Source of the DNA: Planctomycetota bacterium
GTDB lineage: Bacteria; Planctomycetota; UBA8742; UBA2392
Reading direction: 5' to 3'
NCBI GenBank assembly: GCA_015075515.1
Contig: JABTUE010000003.1
Span: 700,005-764,004, forward strand
Length of the DNA stretch: 64,000 nucleotides
Positions within the stretch are counted from its first letter, which is position 1; each line of letters opens with the position of its first letter. A program made the translations under genes and the position numbers. Below the pieces are notes generated by a model. It did not search any database, had not been told where the DNA came from, and saw nothing but the letters and a program-made list of their open reading frames with translations. This document shows positions 1 through 9,435 of the stretch, piece after piece.

Positions 1-1
1 G

Positions 2-223
2 TCGAACCTGATGGCCCTGGACGCGACCTGTTTCGGCAACTGGGGCTGCGCGCCACGCCACTACCCGGAAGTGATCCGGATGGTTCTGGACGGGCGCATC
101 AACCTGAAACCCTTCATCCAGACGCACCCGCTTTCCCGGATCCAGCCGCTGTTCGAACAGGCCCACCACGGGGGTCTGCCACAACGCGCGATTCTGGTGC
201 CGCAACCCCAGGAGCAACCATGA
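2..223 (+). CDS. had: C-terminal fragment of a zinc-type alcohol dehydrogenase, probably 6-hydroxycyclohex-1-ene-1-carbonyl-CoA dehydrogenase (gene runs off the 5' edge)
   Basis: The in-frame ORF is open to the window edge. Its tail (...VLDGRINLKPFIQTHPLSRIQPLFEQAHHG...) looks like an MDR-family dehydrogenase C-terminus. The stop overlaps the next start (ATGA at 220-223). The context next to oah/dch/bcr supports the call. Confidence 0.5.
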   Translation, partial: SNLMALDATCFGNWGCAPRHYPEVIRMVLDGRINLKPFIQTHPLSRIQPLFEQAHHGGLPQRAILVPQPQEQP

Positions 224-1341
224 CCCAGACCCTGGTCAACCATGAACTGGCCCCCGATGCAGCCTTTTCCGAAATTCTGTACGAGCGCCGGCCGCTTCTG
301 GACGCCGCCGGCAAGCCGGTGGAAGGTCTTTACAACGCCTGGATCTGGCTGAACAACCCGCGCCAGTTCAACAGCTACACCACGCGCGCGATCAAGGAAA
401 TCATTCTGGCCTTTCGCCGCGCCAGCATGGACCGGGCCGTGGTTGCCGTGGTGTTCACCGCCGTTGGCGACAAGGCCTTCTGCACCGGCGGCAACACCAA
501 AGAGTACGCCGAATATTACGCCGGCAACCCGCAGGAGTACCGCCAGTACATGCGGCTGTTCAACGACATGGTCACCGCAATCCTGACCTGCGACAAACCC
601 GTGATCAACCGCGTCAACGGCATGCGCATCGGCGGCGGCCAGGAAATTGGCATGGCCTGTGACTTCACGATTGCCGCCGACACCGCGCGCTTTGGCCAGG
701 CCGGGCCCAAGCACGGCAGCGCGCCCGACGGCGGCGCGACGGATTTCCTGCCGTTGTATGTGGGCTTTGGCCACGCCATGGCCAGTTGCGTGTTGTGCGA
801 GCCGTTCAGCGCCCACCAGGCGCTGCGGCTTGGCCTGGTAAATCAGTTGGCGCCGGTGCTGAAGCTGGAGGACAGGTTCATTCCCAACCCGCTGGTGATC
901 ACCGACCGCTACAGCGACGAATGGGGCAACATCGTGTTCGGCGCGCCCAGAACCGGCGAGGAGGCCGCCCGCGCCAAAGAGATCTTCGCCCGCTGCCAGG
1001 TAGACCAGTCCCGGCTTGACGCCGCCGTTGAGGCCATGGCCTGGAAACTGGCACTGACCATGCCCGACTGCACCACCAAAACCATCGAAAGCATCCGCAA
1101 GTTCAAGCTGGAGCACTGGGACCGCAATCGCGAAACCAACCGTGCGTGGCTGGCGCTGAACATGATGACCGAGGCCAAGGCCGGCTTCCGCGCCTTCAAC
1201 GAAGGCCCGAAGGACCGGCGCGAGGTGGATTTCATCGCCCTGCGCCGCGAACTGGCCGCAGGCCACCCCTGGAACGATGACCTGATCCGCAGGGTTTCGC
1301 CGCAACACGCCGCCACGGAGGCCTGCCAATGCCGTTTGTAA
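220..1341 (+). CDS. oah: 6-oxocyclohex-1-ene-1-carbonyl-CoA hydrolase (ring-cleaving crotonase, Oah/BamA type)
   Basis: A 373-aa crotonase-fold protein, longer than ordinary enoyl-CoA hydratases. Motifs: AVGDKAFCTGGN and RIGGGQEIGMACDF. It sits between had and dch and upstream of bcrCBAD. Confidence 0.8.
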   Translation: MTQTLVNHELAPDAAFSEILYERRPLLDAAGKPVEGLYNAWIWLNNPRQFNSYTTRAIKEIILAFRRASMDRAVVAVVFTAVGDKAFCTGGNTKEYAEYYAGNPQEYRQYMRLFNDMVTAILTCDKPVINRVNGMRIGGGQEIGMACDFTIAADTARFGQAGPKHGSAPDGGATDFLPLYVGFGHAMASCVLCEPFSAHQALRLGLVNQLAPVLKLEDRFIPNPLVITDRYSDEWGNIVFGAPRTGEEAARAKEIFARCQVDQSRLDAAVEAMAWKLALTMPDCTTKTIESIRKFKLEHWDRNRETNRAWLALNMMTEAKAGFRAFNEGPKDRREVDFIALRRELAAGHPWNDDLIRRVSPQHAATEACQCRL

Positions 1342-2099
1342 GGGCACAACCGGACCACAGCGGCAAGCTGTTGCGGCTGATTCTGAACCGGCCCAGGGGC
1401 AACGTGTTCAGCGGTGAGCTGATGGCCGAGCTTGAGTCGGCGCTGGCACAGGCCCCGTCGTCACCCACACTGCGGCTGGTAACACTGGAGGCCGAGGGCG
1501 ACCATTTCTCGTTCGGCGCCGCCGTGGAGGAACACACACGAGCCCAGGTGGTGCCGATGCTCCAGCGCCTGAACCGGCTGATCAAGGCCGTGGCGGCCTG
1601 CCCGGTGCCTGTGGCGGCGCTGGTGCAGGGCAAGTGTCTGGGCGGCGCCTTTGAGGTTGTGCTGGCGGCACACTTTGTGTTCGCGGCCGAAAACGCCCGG
1701 TTTGGCGTGCCCGAGATCCGCCTTGGGGTGTTTCCGCCCGCGGCCTGCGCGCTGCTGGCCCGCAAGGTCGGCCAGGCCAGCGCCGAACGCTGGATTCTTG
1801 CGGGCGAGGAAATCAGCGCCGACGAAGCCCATCGCGTGGGGCTTGCACACCGGGTGTTTCCCGCCGACAGCCTGCGCCGCGGCGTGGACGAGTGGTTTGC
1901 CGTTTCTCTGGGTCAGTACTCGGCATCCAGCCTGCGTCATGCCGTTGCCGCCGCGCGGGCTCCTTTTCTGGCGGGGCTGGACGACGCGCTTGAATCGGCC
2001 ACCCATGCCTACGTGAAAAACCTGGTGCCGACACACGACGCCGAGGAGGGCATCCAGGCTTTTGTGCAGCGCCGGCGCCCGCAATGGAGGGACGCATGA
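1329..2099 (+). CDS. dch: enoyl-CoA hydratase family, probable cyclohexa-1,5-diene-1-carbonyl-CoA hydratase
   Basis: A 256-aa crotonase fold (GDHFSFGAAVEE, GKCLGGAFEVVLAAHF). It overlaps the oah stop by 13 nt and is coupled to bcrC. Confidence 0.7.
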   Translation: MPFVRAQPDHSGKLLRLILNRPRGNVFSGELMAELESALAQAPSSPTLRLVTLEAEGDHFSFGAAVEEHTRAQVVPMLQRLNRLIKAVAACPVPVAALVQGKCLGGAFEVVLAAHFVFAAENARFGVPEIRLGVFPPAACALLARKVGQASAERWILAGEEISADEAHRVGLAHRVFPADSLRRGVDEWFAVSLGQYSASSLRHAVAAARAPFLAGLDDALESATHAYVKNLVPTHDAEEGIQAFVQRRRPQWRDA

Positions 2100-3295
2100 G
2101 CCTTGCCGCCCCCGAAGCTCCCGCGGCCGCCGGCCCTTTGGCTGAACTGGTCGGCCGCGCCACGCGCCTGTACGAAGACCTGGATCTCAAGGCCGTCTCC
2201 GATTGGAAGGCAGGCGATGCCTCGCGCCGCGCGATCGGCTTTCTGCCGGTGTATGTGCCGCGCGAGGTGATCCACGCGGCGGGCGCGCTGCCGGTGGGCA
2301 TCATGGGCGGCGGCGACCAGATCGAGATCGTGCGCGGTGACAGCTATTTTCAGTCTTACATCTGCCACCTGCCGCGCAGCGTGATTGAGCTTGCGGTTTC
2401 GGGTCGTCTGAATGCCCTGGACGGGTTTGTGTTTCCCTCGATCTGCGACGTGATCCGCAACCTCAGCGGCATGTTCAAGGTACTGACGGCCGACAAGTGG
2501 GTGCATTACCTTGACCTGCCCCAGAACTTCGACCGCGACGGCGGCGGTACATTCTACCGTCACGAACTGGCCACCATCGCCAGCGGCGTGTCGGCGCTGA
2601 CCGGCATTGAGGTAACCGACGAACGCCTGCGCGCCTCGATCCGGCTGTATAACGACAACCGCCGCGCCCTGGCCGAACTGCAGGCCCTGCGGGTTCAAAG
2701 CCCGTGGCTGGTGCCCGCCACGGAGTACTACCTGCTGTTGCGGGCCTCGTACCTGCTGCCGCCCGAGTCGCACACGGCCATGGTGCGTGACTACATGCGG
2801 CATTCGCGTGATGCGCGCCGCAACGCCCAGGACAACATCCGCGTGATGGTGCGCGGGGCGTTCTGCGAACAGCCGCCGCTGGGCCTGCTGCGCACGCTTG
2901 AGCGCGCGGGCTGCTATCTGGTGGACGACGACTTTGTGCTGGGGGCGCGGTTTATCCCAGAACCCCTGCCTGAAGACGGCGACCCGTGGCAGGCGCTGAT
3001 TGACGGGTTTCTGTATCGCTCGCTGCCCACAGCCAGCAAGTACGACGTCAACGCCACCAAGGAAGCCGATATTGTCCGGCGCGCCCGCGACGTGCGCGCC
3101 GACGGCGTGCTGCTGATCGCGCCCAGCTTCTGCGACCCGGCGCTGCTAGACCAGCCGATGCTGGCGCGCGCGCTGGAAAAAGCCGGCATTCCCTGCACCA
3201 GCTTCAAGTACGCCGAAGATACCGGGCAGTTCCAGGTGATCCGCGAACAGGCCGGCACGTTCGCCGACGCGATTAAACTCTGGGGGACGACATGA
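2096..3295 (+). CDS. bcrC: benzoyl-CoA reductase subunit C (2-hydroxyacyl-CoA dehydratase D-component family)
   Basis: About 399 aa. GGAGG at 2086-2090 lies 5 nt before the ATG at 2096, which overlaps the dch stop (ATGA). The family is recognised from size, conserved Cys content and the C-B-A-D gene order. The ORF track's longer start at 2084 is less likely. Confidence 0.75.
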   Translation: MSLAAPEAPAAAGPLAELVGRATRLYEDLDLKAVSDWKAGDASRRAIGFLPVYVPREVIHAAGALPVGIMGGGDQIEIVRGDSYFQSYICHLPRSVIELAVSGRLNALDGFVFPSICDVIRNLSGMFKVLTADKWVHYLDLPQNFDRDGGGTFYRHELATIASGVSALTGIEVTDERLRASIRLYNDNRRALAELQALRVQSPWLVPATEYYLLLRASYLLPPESHTAMVRDYMRHSRDARRNAQDNIRVMVRGAFCEQPPLGLLRTLERAGCYLVDDDFVLGARFIPEPLPEDGDPWQALIDGFLYRSLPTASKYDVNATKEADIVRRARDVRADGVLLIAPSFCDPALLDQPMLARALEKAGIPCTSFKYAEDTGQFQVIREQAGTFADAIKLWGTT

Positions 3296-4560
3296 CCGCC
3301 GCCGTGAAGGACCTCAGCCAGGACCGGCAGAAGCAGATGATTTCGGCGCACTACGCCCGCCTGGCCCGCGCCAAAGAAGACGGCCGCAAGGTGGTGTACA
3401 CCTTTGTGCCCGGCAACCTGACGGAACTGCTGAACAACCTGGGGCTGCTGCCGGTTCTGCCCGAAATCAACGCACTGCAAAGCGGCATGCGCGGCAAGAC
3501 CGGCGACTACATCCACATCGCCGAAAAGGCCGGCCACAGCGAGGATGTCTGCACGTATGTAAAAGCCGATATCGGAATGCTCAAGTCCGGAAACATCGGC
3601 CCCACCGGCGAGCCGCTGCCGAAGCCGGACCTGCTGCTGCTGAGCTACACCGGGTGTTTCACGTTTCTCAAGTGGTTTGAGCTGCTCAAGCGTGAATACG
3701 ACTGCCCGGTGGTCATGCTGCACGTGCCCTACCAGGGTGACGGCCGCATCACCGAACCGATGCGCCGGTACGTGGCGGGCCAGTTGCGTGACGTGGTGAT
3801 TCCGGCGCTGGAAACGCTGGCCGGGCGCCGGGTGGATTACGACCTGCTGCGTCAGCAGCTGGCGCTGTCGGCGCGGGCCGAAGACGACCTGGTCTGGGTG
3901 CTGCAAAGCGCCAGACACAGACCTTCGCCGATTGATGCCTACTTCGGCGGCGTCTACTACATCGGCCCGATCTTCACGGCCTTTCGCGGCACCACCGACG
4001 CCGTCGAGTACTACCAGTTGCTGCGCGACGAGATCCGGCAGCGGCTGAAAGGCGGCCTGGGGCCCGTCACGCCCGAAGGCACGCTGCAGGAAGAAAAATA
4101 CCGCATCGTCGTCGAGGGTCCGCCGAACTGGACCAGCTTCCGCGAGTTCTGGCGCATGTTTTACGGCGAGGGCGCGGTGGTTGTGGCCTCCAGCTACACC
4201 AAGGTCGGCGGCCTGTACGACCGCGGCTTTCGCCACGACCCGTCGCGGCCGCTGGAGACCCTGGCCGACTACTGCATGGGCTGCTACACGAACCTGAACC
4301 TGCCCGACCGCATTGCGTTACTTGAAAAATACATCAACGACTACGCGGCCGACGGATTTCTGATCAACAGCGTCAAGTCGTGCAACAGCTTTTCGGCCGG
4401 CCAGTTGCTGATCCTGCGCGAGCTGGAAAAGCGCACTGGCCGCAGCGGCGGTTTCATTGAAAGCGATCTGGTGGACCCGCGCTATTTTTCGGCCGCCAAC
4501 ATCAAGAACCGGCTGGAAAGCTATTTCCAGATGGTCGAAGCCAAGCGCGCGAGGACATGA
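3292..4560 (+). CDS. bcrB: benzoyl-CoA reductase subunit B
   Basis: A 422-aa paralogous dehydratase-component-like protein. Its start is ATGA-coupled to the bcrC stop. Confidence 0.75.
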   Translation: MTAAVKDLSQDRQKQMISAHYARLARAKEDGRKVVYTFVPGNLTELLNNLGLLPVLPEINALQSGMRGKTGDYIHIAEKAGHSEDVCTYVKADIGMLKSGNIGPTGEPLPKPDLLLLSYTGCFTFLKWFELLKREYDCPVVMLHVPYQGDGRITEPMRRYVAGQLRDVVIPALETLAGRRVDYDLLRQQLALSARAEDDLVWVLQSARHRPSPIDAYFGGVYYIGPIFTAFRGTTDAVEYYQLLRDEIRQRLKGGLGPVTPEGTLQEEKYRIVVEGPPNWTSFREFWRMFYGEGAVVVASSYTKVGGLYDRGFRHDPSRPLETLADYCMGCYTNLNLPDRIALLEKYINDYAADGFLINSVKSCNSFSAGQLLILRELEKRTGRSGGFIESDLVDPRYFSAANIKNRLESYFQMVEAKRART

Positions 4561-4561
4561 C

Positions 4562-5869
4562 ATGGACTGCTTTGTCGGCATTGACCTGGGCAGCACCACC
4601 ACCAAGGCCGTGATCGTGGACACCCGCGGCCGCATCGTGGGCCGGGGCATCACCAACAGCCGCAGCAACTACGACGTCGCGGCCCAGGTTGCCCGCAACG
4701 AGGCCTTCACCAACGCGCGTTTTGACATGCTGGGCCGGGCGTTGCGCGAAGAAGGCGGCCTTGGCGACGCGGGCCCGGCCTTTGAGGCGGCGCTTGCCGC
4801 GGCCTATCGCCACGAGTGTTTTCTGGGCCAGTTGCAGCGGCTGGAAAACCACTGCCGGCGCGACCTGGAAAGCGACCGCTACACACACGACCGGCGCGCC
4901 ATGGGGCACGCGCTGGAAGTGATTCTGGCCGGCATCCGCCACGATGCCGCGGCGGTGTACGGCGGCGGCACAGCCGCGAGGTCTGACTTTTTCCGCGACC
5001 TGGCCGGCGCCAGCTATACCGAACACGCTGCGCACGTGGCGCGCGAGGGCGGCCCGGCCTTTGACCGGCTGGTTGGCCTGTTTGACCGCAACATCATTCC
5101 GGTTGAGAACGAACCGGAAACGCGCGGCTTTGCCCAACTGTTGCGATCCGCGCTGGATCGCGTGCCGCTGTCTCTGGCGCAGCGGCGTGACGCCGTGGCC
5201 GGGCTTCTGGCCCGCGTGGCCGAAGCCGACCTGCGCGAGGTCAGCGCCGTGGGCACGGGCTATGGCCGCGTGCGCCTGCCGTTTCCGAAAGAAAACATCC
5301 GCAGCGAAATTCTGTGCCACGGCCTGGGCGCGCACCTGATGTTTCCGCGCACGCGCACGGTGCTGGACATCGGCGGCCAGGACACCAAGGCAATCCAGGT
5401 GGACGAACACGGCGTGGTCACCAGTTTTCAGATGAATGACCGCTGCGCCGCGGGCTGTGGCCGTTACCTGGGTTACATCGCCGACGAGATGAACATCGGC
5501 CTGCACGAGCTTGGGCCCCTGGCGCTGGGCGCGCGCCGGCGCATCAAAATCAACAGCACCTGCACGGTGTTCGCCGGAGCCGAGTTCCGCGACCGGCTGG
5601 CCGCGGGCCAGGCGCGCGAGGACATCGTGGCCGGTCTGCACCGGGCGATCATCCTGCGCGCCATGAGCCTGCTGGCGCGCAGCGGCGGCATCCGCAACGA
5701 GTTCACCTTCACCGGCGGAGTCGGCCGAAACCAGGCCGCGGTCAAGGCGCTGCACGAAGTCGCGCAGGACAACTACGGTTCGCTGACGATCAACATCGCG
5801 CCCGACAGCATCTACACCGGCGCGATCGGCGCGGCAACGTTTGCGCTGCAGGGGTCGGCGCGAAACTAG
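4562..5869 (+). CDS. bcrA: benzoyl-CoA reductase subunit A (BadF/BadG/BcrA/BcrD-type ATPase)
   Basis: The start MDCFVGIDLGSTTTKAVIVD lies just after the bcrB stop. It has an acetate/sugar-kinase-like ATPase fold (DIGGQDTKAIQ) and is about 435 aa, as expected for the alpha subunit. The ORF-track start at 4457 lies inside bcrB. Confidence 0.85.
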   Translation: MDCFVGIDLGSTTTKAVIVDTRGRIVGRGITNSRSNYDVAAQVARNEAFTNARFDMLGRALREEGGLGDAGPAFEAALAAAYRHECFLGQLQRLENHCRRDLESDRYTHDRRAMGHALEVILAGIRHDAAAVYGGGTAARSDFFRDLAGASYTEHAAHVAREGGPAFDRLVGLFDRNIIPVENEPETRGFAQLLRSALDRVPLSLAQRRDAVAGLLARVAEADLREVSAVGTGYGRVRLPFPKENIRSEILCHGLGAHLMFPRTRTVLDIGGQDTKAIQVDEHGVVTSFQMNDRCAAGCGRYLGYIADEMNIGLHELGPLALGARRRIKINSTCTVFAGAEFRDRLAAGQAREDIVAGLHRAIILRAMSLLARSGGIRNEFTFTGGVGRNQAAVKALHEVAQDNYGSLTINIAPDSIYTGAIGAATFALQGSARN

Positions 5870-5878
5870 GAGCAGATC

Positions 5879-6724
5879 ATGGCCATCACGGCAGGCATTG
5901 ATGTCGGCAGCGGCGCGGTCAAGGTTGCGGTCATGAACATGGACGACTGCCGCGAGCAACTGGCCGCGCATTACCTTGAACGCATACGGCGACGCGACGT
6001 CATGGAAGTGGTCGAAGAATCCCTGGCCGCGGCCCTGCGCGAGGCCGGGCTGCGTCGTGACCAGCTTGATTACATTGCCACCACCGGCGACGGCGACGTG
6101 ATCCCGTGGCGAACCGGACACTTCTACGGCATGACCACGCATTCACGCGGGGCACTGTTTCTGGCGCCAGAGGCACGCGCGGCCGTGGACATCGGAGCGC
6201 TGCACACCCGCGCCATGCGCTTTGACCCTTCCGGGCGCGTGCTGCAGTACCAGATGACCAGCCAGTGCGCGTCGGGCAGCGGGCAGTTTCTGGAGAACAT
6301 CAGCCGTTATCTGGGCATCAGCATTGACGAAATCGGCCCGCTGTCGCTTTCGGCCACCAACCCCGAAAAATGCAGCAGCATCTGCGCCGTGCTGGCGGAA
6401 ACCGACGTGATCAACATGGTCAGCCGCGGCATCAGCACCCCCGACATCCTGCGCGGTATTCACAACAGCATGGCGCTGCGTGTGGCGGGTCTGCTGCGTG
6501 CGATCAAGGTTGAGGGCACGATTCTGCTGACCGGCGGCCTGGCTCGTGACACCGGTCTTGCGGCCGCGATTGCCGACAAGCTGAAAGAAGGCGGCGGCGC
6601 CAATGTATCGCTGGCCACGCACGAACTTTCCGTGCAGGCCGGCGCGATCGGTGCCGCCATCTGGGGCGCGTTCCGGCACCACAAACTGGCCAGACAACAG
6701 GAGGCCGCCCGTGGCGGCACATGA
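5879..6724 (+). CDS. bcrD: benzoyl-CoA reductase subunit D (BadF/BadG/BcrA/BcrD-type ATPase)
   Basis: 281 aa. Motifs MAITAGIDVGSGAVKVAV and DIGALHTRAM. It is a paralog of bcrA with the size of the delta subunit. Confidence 0.85.
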   Translation: MAITAGIDVGSGAVKVAVMNMDDCREQLAAHYLERIRRRDVMEVVEESLAAALREAGLRRDQLDYIATTGDGDVIPWRTGHFYGMTTHSRGALFLAPEARAAVDIGALHTRAMRFDPSGRVLQYQMTSQCASGSGQFLENISRYLGISIDEIGPLSLSATNPEKCSSICAVLAETDVINMVSRGISTPDILRGIHNSMALRVAGLLRAIKVEGTILLTGGLARDTGLAAAIADKLKEGGGANVSLATHELSVQAGAIGAAIWGAFRHHKLARQQEAARGGT

Positions 6725-7448
6725 GCCATTTGATTTCTCAGGCCGTGTCGCCTGGGTTACCGGCGCGGGCAGGGGTATCGGCCTTGCGGTTGCCAAGCTG
6801 CTGGCGTTGCACGGCGCCCGCGTAGCCGGCGTGGACATCACCACCAACCCGGCCATGCAGGCCTGCTGCGCGCGGGTGCTGGAATTGGATGTCAGCGGTT
6901 ACGCCGGTGTGGAACAGGCCGCGCAGACCCTGGCGGCCGAGGGTCTGGTGCCGGACATTCTGGTCAACAACGCCGGCATCGCGCGCGACGGCGTACTGTG
7001 GAAACTGACCGAATCCGACTGGAACCAGGTTCTGGATGTCAACCTCAAGGGCGCCTTCAACTTTCTGCGCCACGCCGTCCCGCTGATGCGCGCCACCGGC
7101 CGCGGCGGCAGCATCGTCAACATCTCCAGCATCAACGGACTGCGCGGCAAGTTCGGCCAGACCAGCTACAGCGCCAGCAAGGCCGGAATGATCGGTCTGA
7201 CCAAGGCCGCGGCGCGCGAACTGGGCCGCGACCGCATCCGTGTCAACGCCGTGGCGCCGGGCATGGTCATGACCGACATGACCCAGCGCGTGCCGCTGGA
7301 GGCGCGCATGGCGGCATTGCAGGAATCACTGCTGGGGACAATCGCACACCCCGAAGACGTGGCCAACGCGGTGCTGTTTCTGGCCTCACCGATGGCCAGC
7401 CACATCACCGGCCAGGTGCTGCAGGTGGACGGCGGGCAGTACTTGTAG
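6711..7448 (+). CDS. short-chain dehydrogenase/reductase, FabG-like
   Basis: TGAGRGIG Rossmann motif, NNAG, and the S...YSASK catalytic motif. GTG at 6711 is preceded by AGGAGG (about 6698-6703). The longer ORF start at 6603 would overlap bcrD by 120 nt. Confidence 0.8.
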   Translation: MAAHEPFDFSGRVAWVTGAGRGIGLAVAKLLALHGARVAGVDITTNPAMQACCARVLELDVSGYAGVEQAAQTLAAEGLVPDILVNNAGIARDGVLWKLTESDWNQVLDVNLKGAFNFLRHAVPLMRATGRGGSIVNISSINGLRGKFGQTSYSASKAGMIGLTKAAARELGRDRIRVNAVAPGMVMTDMTQRVPLEARMAALQESLLGTIAHPEDVANAVLFLASPMASHITGQVLQVDGGQYL

Positions 7449-7457
7449 GAGCCAACG

Positions 7458-8138
7458 TTGACCGCACCAACGCAAGAACTGGACGCGCGCCAGCTGCCTG
7501 AGCCGCAACGTCCCGCGGCGGTTCTGGGCCAGCTGGCGCGGCTTGAAACGGGCCAGGAACTGGTGCTGGTGACACCGCACGACCCGCGCCCGCTGCTGCG
7601 CCGGCTGCTGGCCGAACTGCCCGACCGCCTGGACTGGGGGCCGCTGCGGCGCGGGCCGGAACTCTGGCGCTGGCAGTTTGCCGCGCGACCGCCGGAGCCC
7701 CGCACCGTGGCGGGCTATCTGGTCTGGGATCACCGCCGCATGGAAACACTGCTGCATCAGGGCACCACCGCCGCGGCCGCCGGCCAATGGCGCGAGGCCG
7801 GCCCGCGCCTTGAAGAATACGGCGTGGCGCTGCTGCGCCATGCCGACATTGAGGACGACATTCTGTTTCCGGTCTACGAGAAGCTGGGTGGTGGTCTGGC
7901 CGACAGTCCGACGGCCATGATGCGCGGCGAACACACCCAGGTCCGGCTGGCCGTGCATGATCTGCTGGCGGCGGCACGGCGCACCGACGCGCCGGGTGTT
8001 TTGGCCGCGCTGGGGCGCCTTCAGGCCGTGGTGGTGGAACACCACGTCAAGGAAGAAGAAATCCTGTTTCCTTCTCTGGACGACGCGCTTGAGCCGCCGG
8101 CACGACGGGCGCTGGTGGAACAACTGCTGCTGGCATGA
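7458..8138 (+). CDS. DUF2249-like N-terminal domain fused to a hemerythrin-like (HHE cation-binding) domain
   Basis: TTG start after AGGAG. N-terminal half: LDARQLPEPQRP...GQELVLVTPHDPRPLL. C-terminal half has His/Glu-rich helices (WDHRRME..., HADIEDDILFP, MMRGEHTQV, EHHVKEEEILFP). Confidence 0.65.
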   Translation: MTAPTQELDARQLPEPQRPAAVLGQLARLETGQELVLVTPHDPRPLLRRLLAELPDRLDWGPLRRGPELWRWQFAARPPEPRTVAGYLVWDHRRMETLLHQGTTAAAAGQWREAGPRLEEYGVALLRHADIEDDILFPVYEKLGGGLADSPTAMMRGEHTQVRLAVHDLLAAARRTDAPGVLAALGRLQAVVVEHHVKEEEILFPSLDDALEPPARRALVEQLLLA

Positions 8139-8148
8139 AAGGCAGGTC

Positions 8149-8832
8149 ATGACCGTAAAAACCGAAACTCTGGACGCCCGCGCCATCAACCTGGACGAAG
8201 CAAGGACACTGGTGCTGCGGCGCCTGGAGCGCCTGAAGCCGGGCCAGGCGCTGGACATTCTGACCGCGAACGAGCCGGCACCGATTCTGCGCGCGGCACT
8301 GGCCGAGTTTCCGCTGGCGTTTGACTTTTCGCCCCTGCGCGCCAGTCCGGGACAGTGGCGCTATCACATTTTCCGGCGCGACACCCGGCCCCAGCGCACG
8401 GTCACCGATTACCTGGCCTGGGATCACGACCGGCTGGATGCGCTTCTGGAATCCAGCCTGGATCACGCCCGACGCCAGGACTGGGCGGGGGCCCAGGCCC
8501 TGGCTGAAGACTTCGAACACGGTTTGAACCGCCACATTGAGATCGAAGAAGGCATCCTGTTTCCGGCCTTTGAACGCGCCACAGGACTGTTCGCCGACGG
8601 CCCGACCCAGGTCATGCGCCACGAACACGTGGACATCCGGCAATTTGTGACCGGTCTGGTGGACGCCGCGCGCCGGCGCGATTACGACGGCATGGAGCGC
8701 CACCGGGCGGACCTGCTGGGTGTGCTGGTGCCCCACAACATGAAAGAAGAGTCGGTGCTGTACCCCACCACCGACCGTTTCCACCACGAGGCCGAACTCG
8801 AATCACTGGTGCTGCGGCTGATGCTGGGCTGA
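8149..8832 (+). CDS. DUF2249-like + hemerythrin-like protein, tandem paralog
   Basis: The architecture and motifs match the preceding gene (LDARAINLDE..., WDHDRLD, HIEIEEGILFP, MRHEHVDI, PHNMKEESVLYP). The ATG at 8149 lies 11 nt after the upstream stop. Confidence 0.65.
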   Translation: MTVKTETLDARAINLDEARTLVLRRLERLKPGQALDILTANEPAPILRAALAEFPLAFDFSPLRASPGQWRYHIFRRDTRPQRTVTDYLAWDHDRLDALLESSLDHARRQDWAGAQALAEDFEHGLNRHIEIEEGILFPAFERATGLFADGPTQVMRHEHVDIRQFVTGLVDAARRRDYDGMERHRADLLGVLVPHNMKEESVLYPTTDRFHHEAELESLVLRLMLG

Positions 8833-9435
8833 TACCGACGGCACCACCTCAAACAACCTCGGGCCGGCCTCAATCACCGCGGCCACGCGCTCGGCCCAGG
8901 CCTGTCGAAACACGGCCAGCGCGCGGGGGTCACCCGCCAGCGCCGGCCGCAGGTTTTCAGAAATCACCGGCTGTTCCGGCAGCACGCCGGCACGCGTCAC
9001 CAGACACACACTCGCGCGCGTGTCAGAGCGCCACAGGGTAACGGCGCCAAAGGGCGCGGCCTCGGGTTCATACCGCAGCAGCCCCGCGCGCGCGAAGCGG
9101 CCGGCCAGTCCGCGAAACCCGTCATTGCCCGCCGCGCCGGTAATGTAGCCGACAATCCGCCCGACCGGGCCGCTGGCGAATACGTCAGGCGCCGAGTGAA
9201 CCTTGACCGACACATCGCCGCGCACCGGCAGTTGATCCCCGTACAGGCGCTTCAGGCCCTCGCGCGCCAGTTCAAATGCCGTGGCCACCGTCGGGCACAG
9301 GTGCCCGGCGTAGCGGCCGGCATCCTCCAGCGTGAACTCCATGCGGCCATCGGCCTTGAACCCCAGCAGTTCCGCCAGCGGATCACGCAGCACAATCGGC
9401 GCGCAGGCAGCGGCAATTTCTTCAAGCCTTGTCAT
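8803..9435 (-). CDS. FmdE-like domain protein (uncertain)
   Basis: About 210 aa with a GHLCPTVA motif reminiscent of the FmdE family HxCPG. AGGAGG lies 9 nt upstream of the ATG at 9435. The start overlaps the stop of the nnrS-like gene. Confidence 0.45.
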   Translation of the reverse strand: MTRLEEIAAACAPIVLRDPLAELLGFKADGRMEFTLEDAGRYAGHLCPTVATAFELAREGLKRLYGDQLPVRGDVSVKVHSAPDVFASGPVGRIVGYITGAAGNDGFRGLAGRFARAGLLRYEPEAAPFGAVTLWRSDTRASVCLVTRAGVLPEQPVISENLRPALAGDPRALAVFRQAWAERVAAVIEAGPRLFEVVPSVSAQHQPQHQ

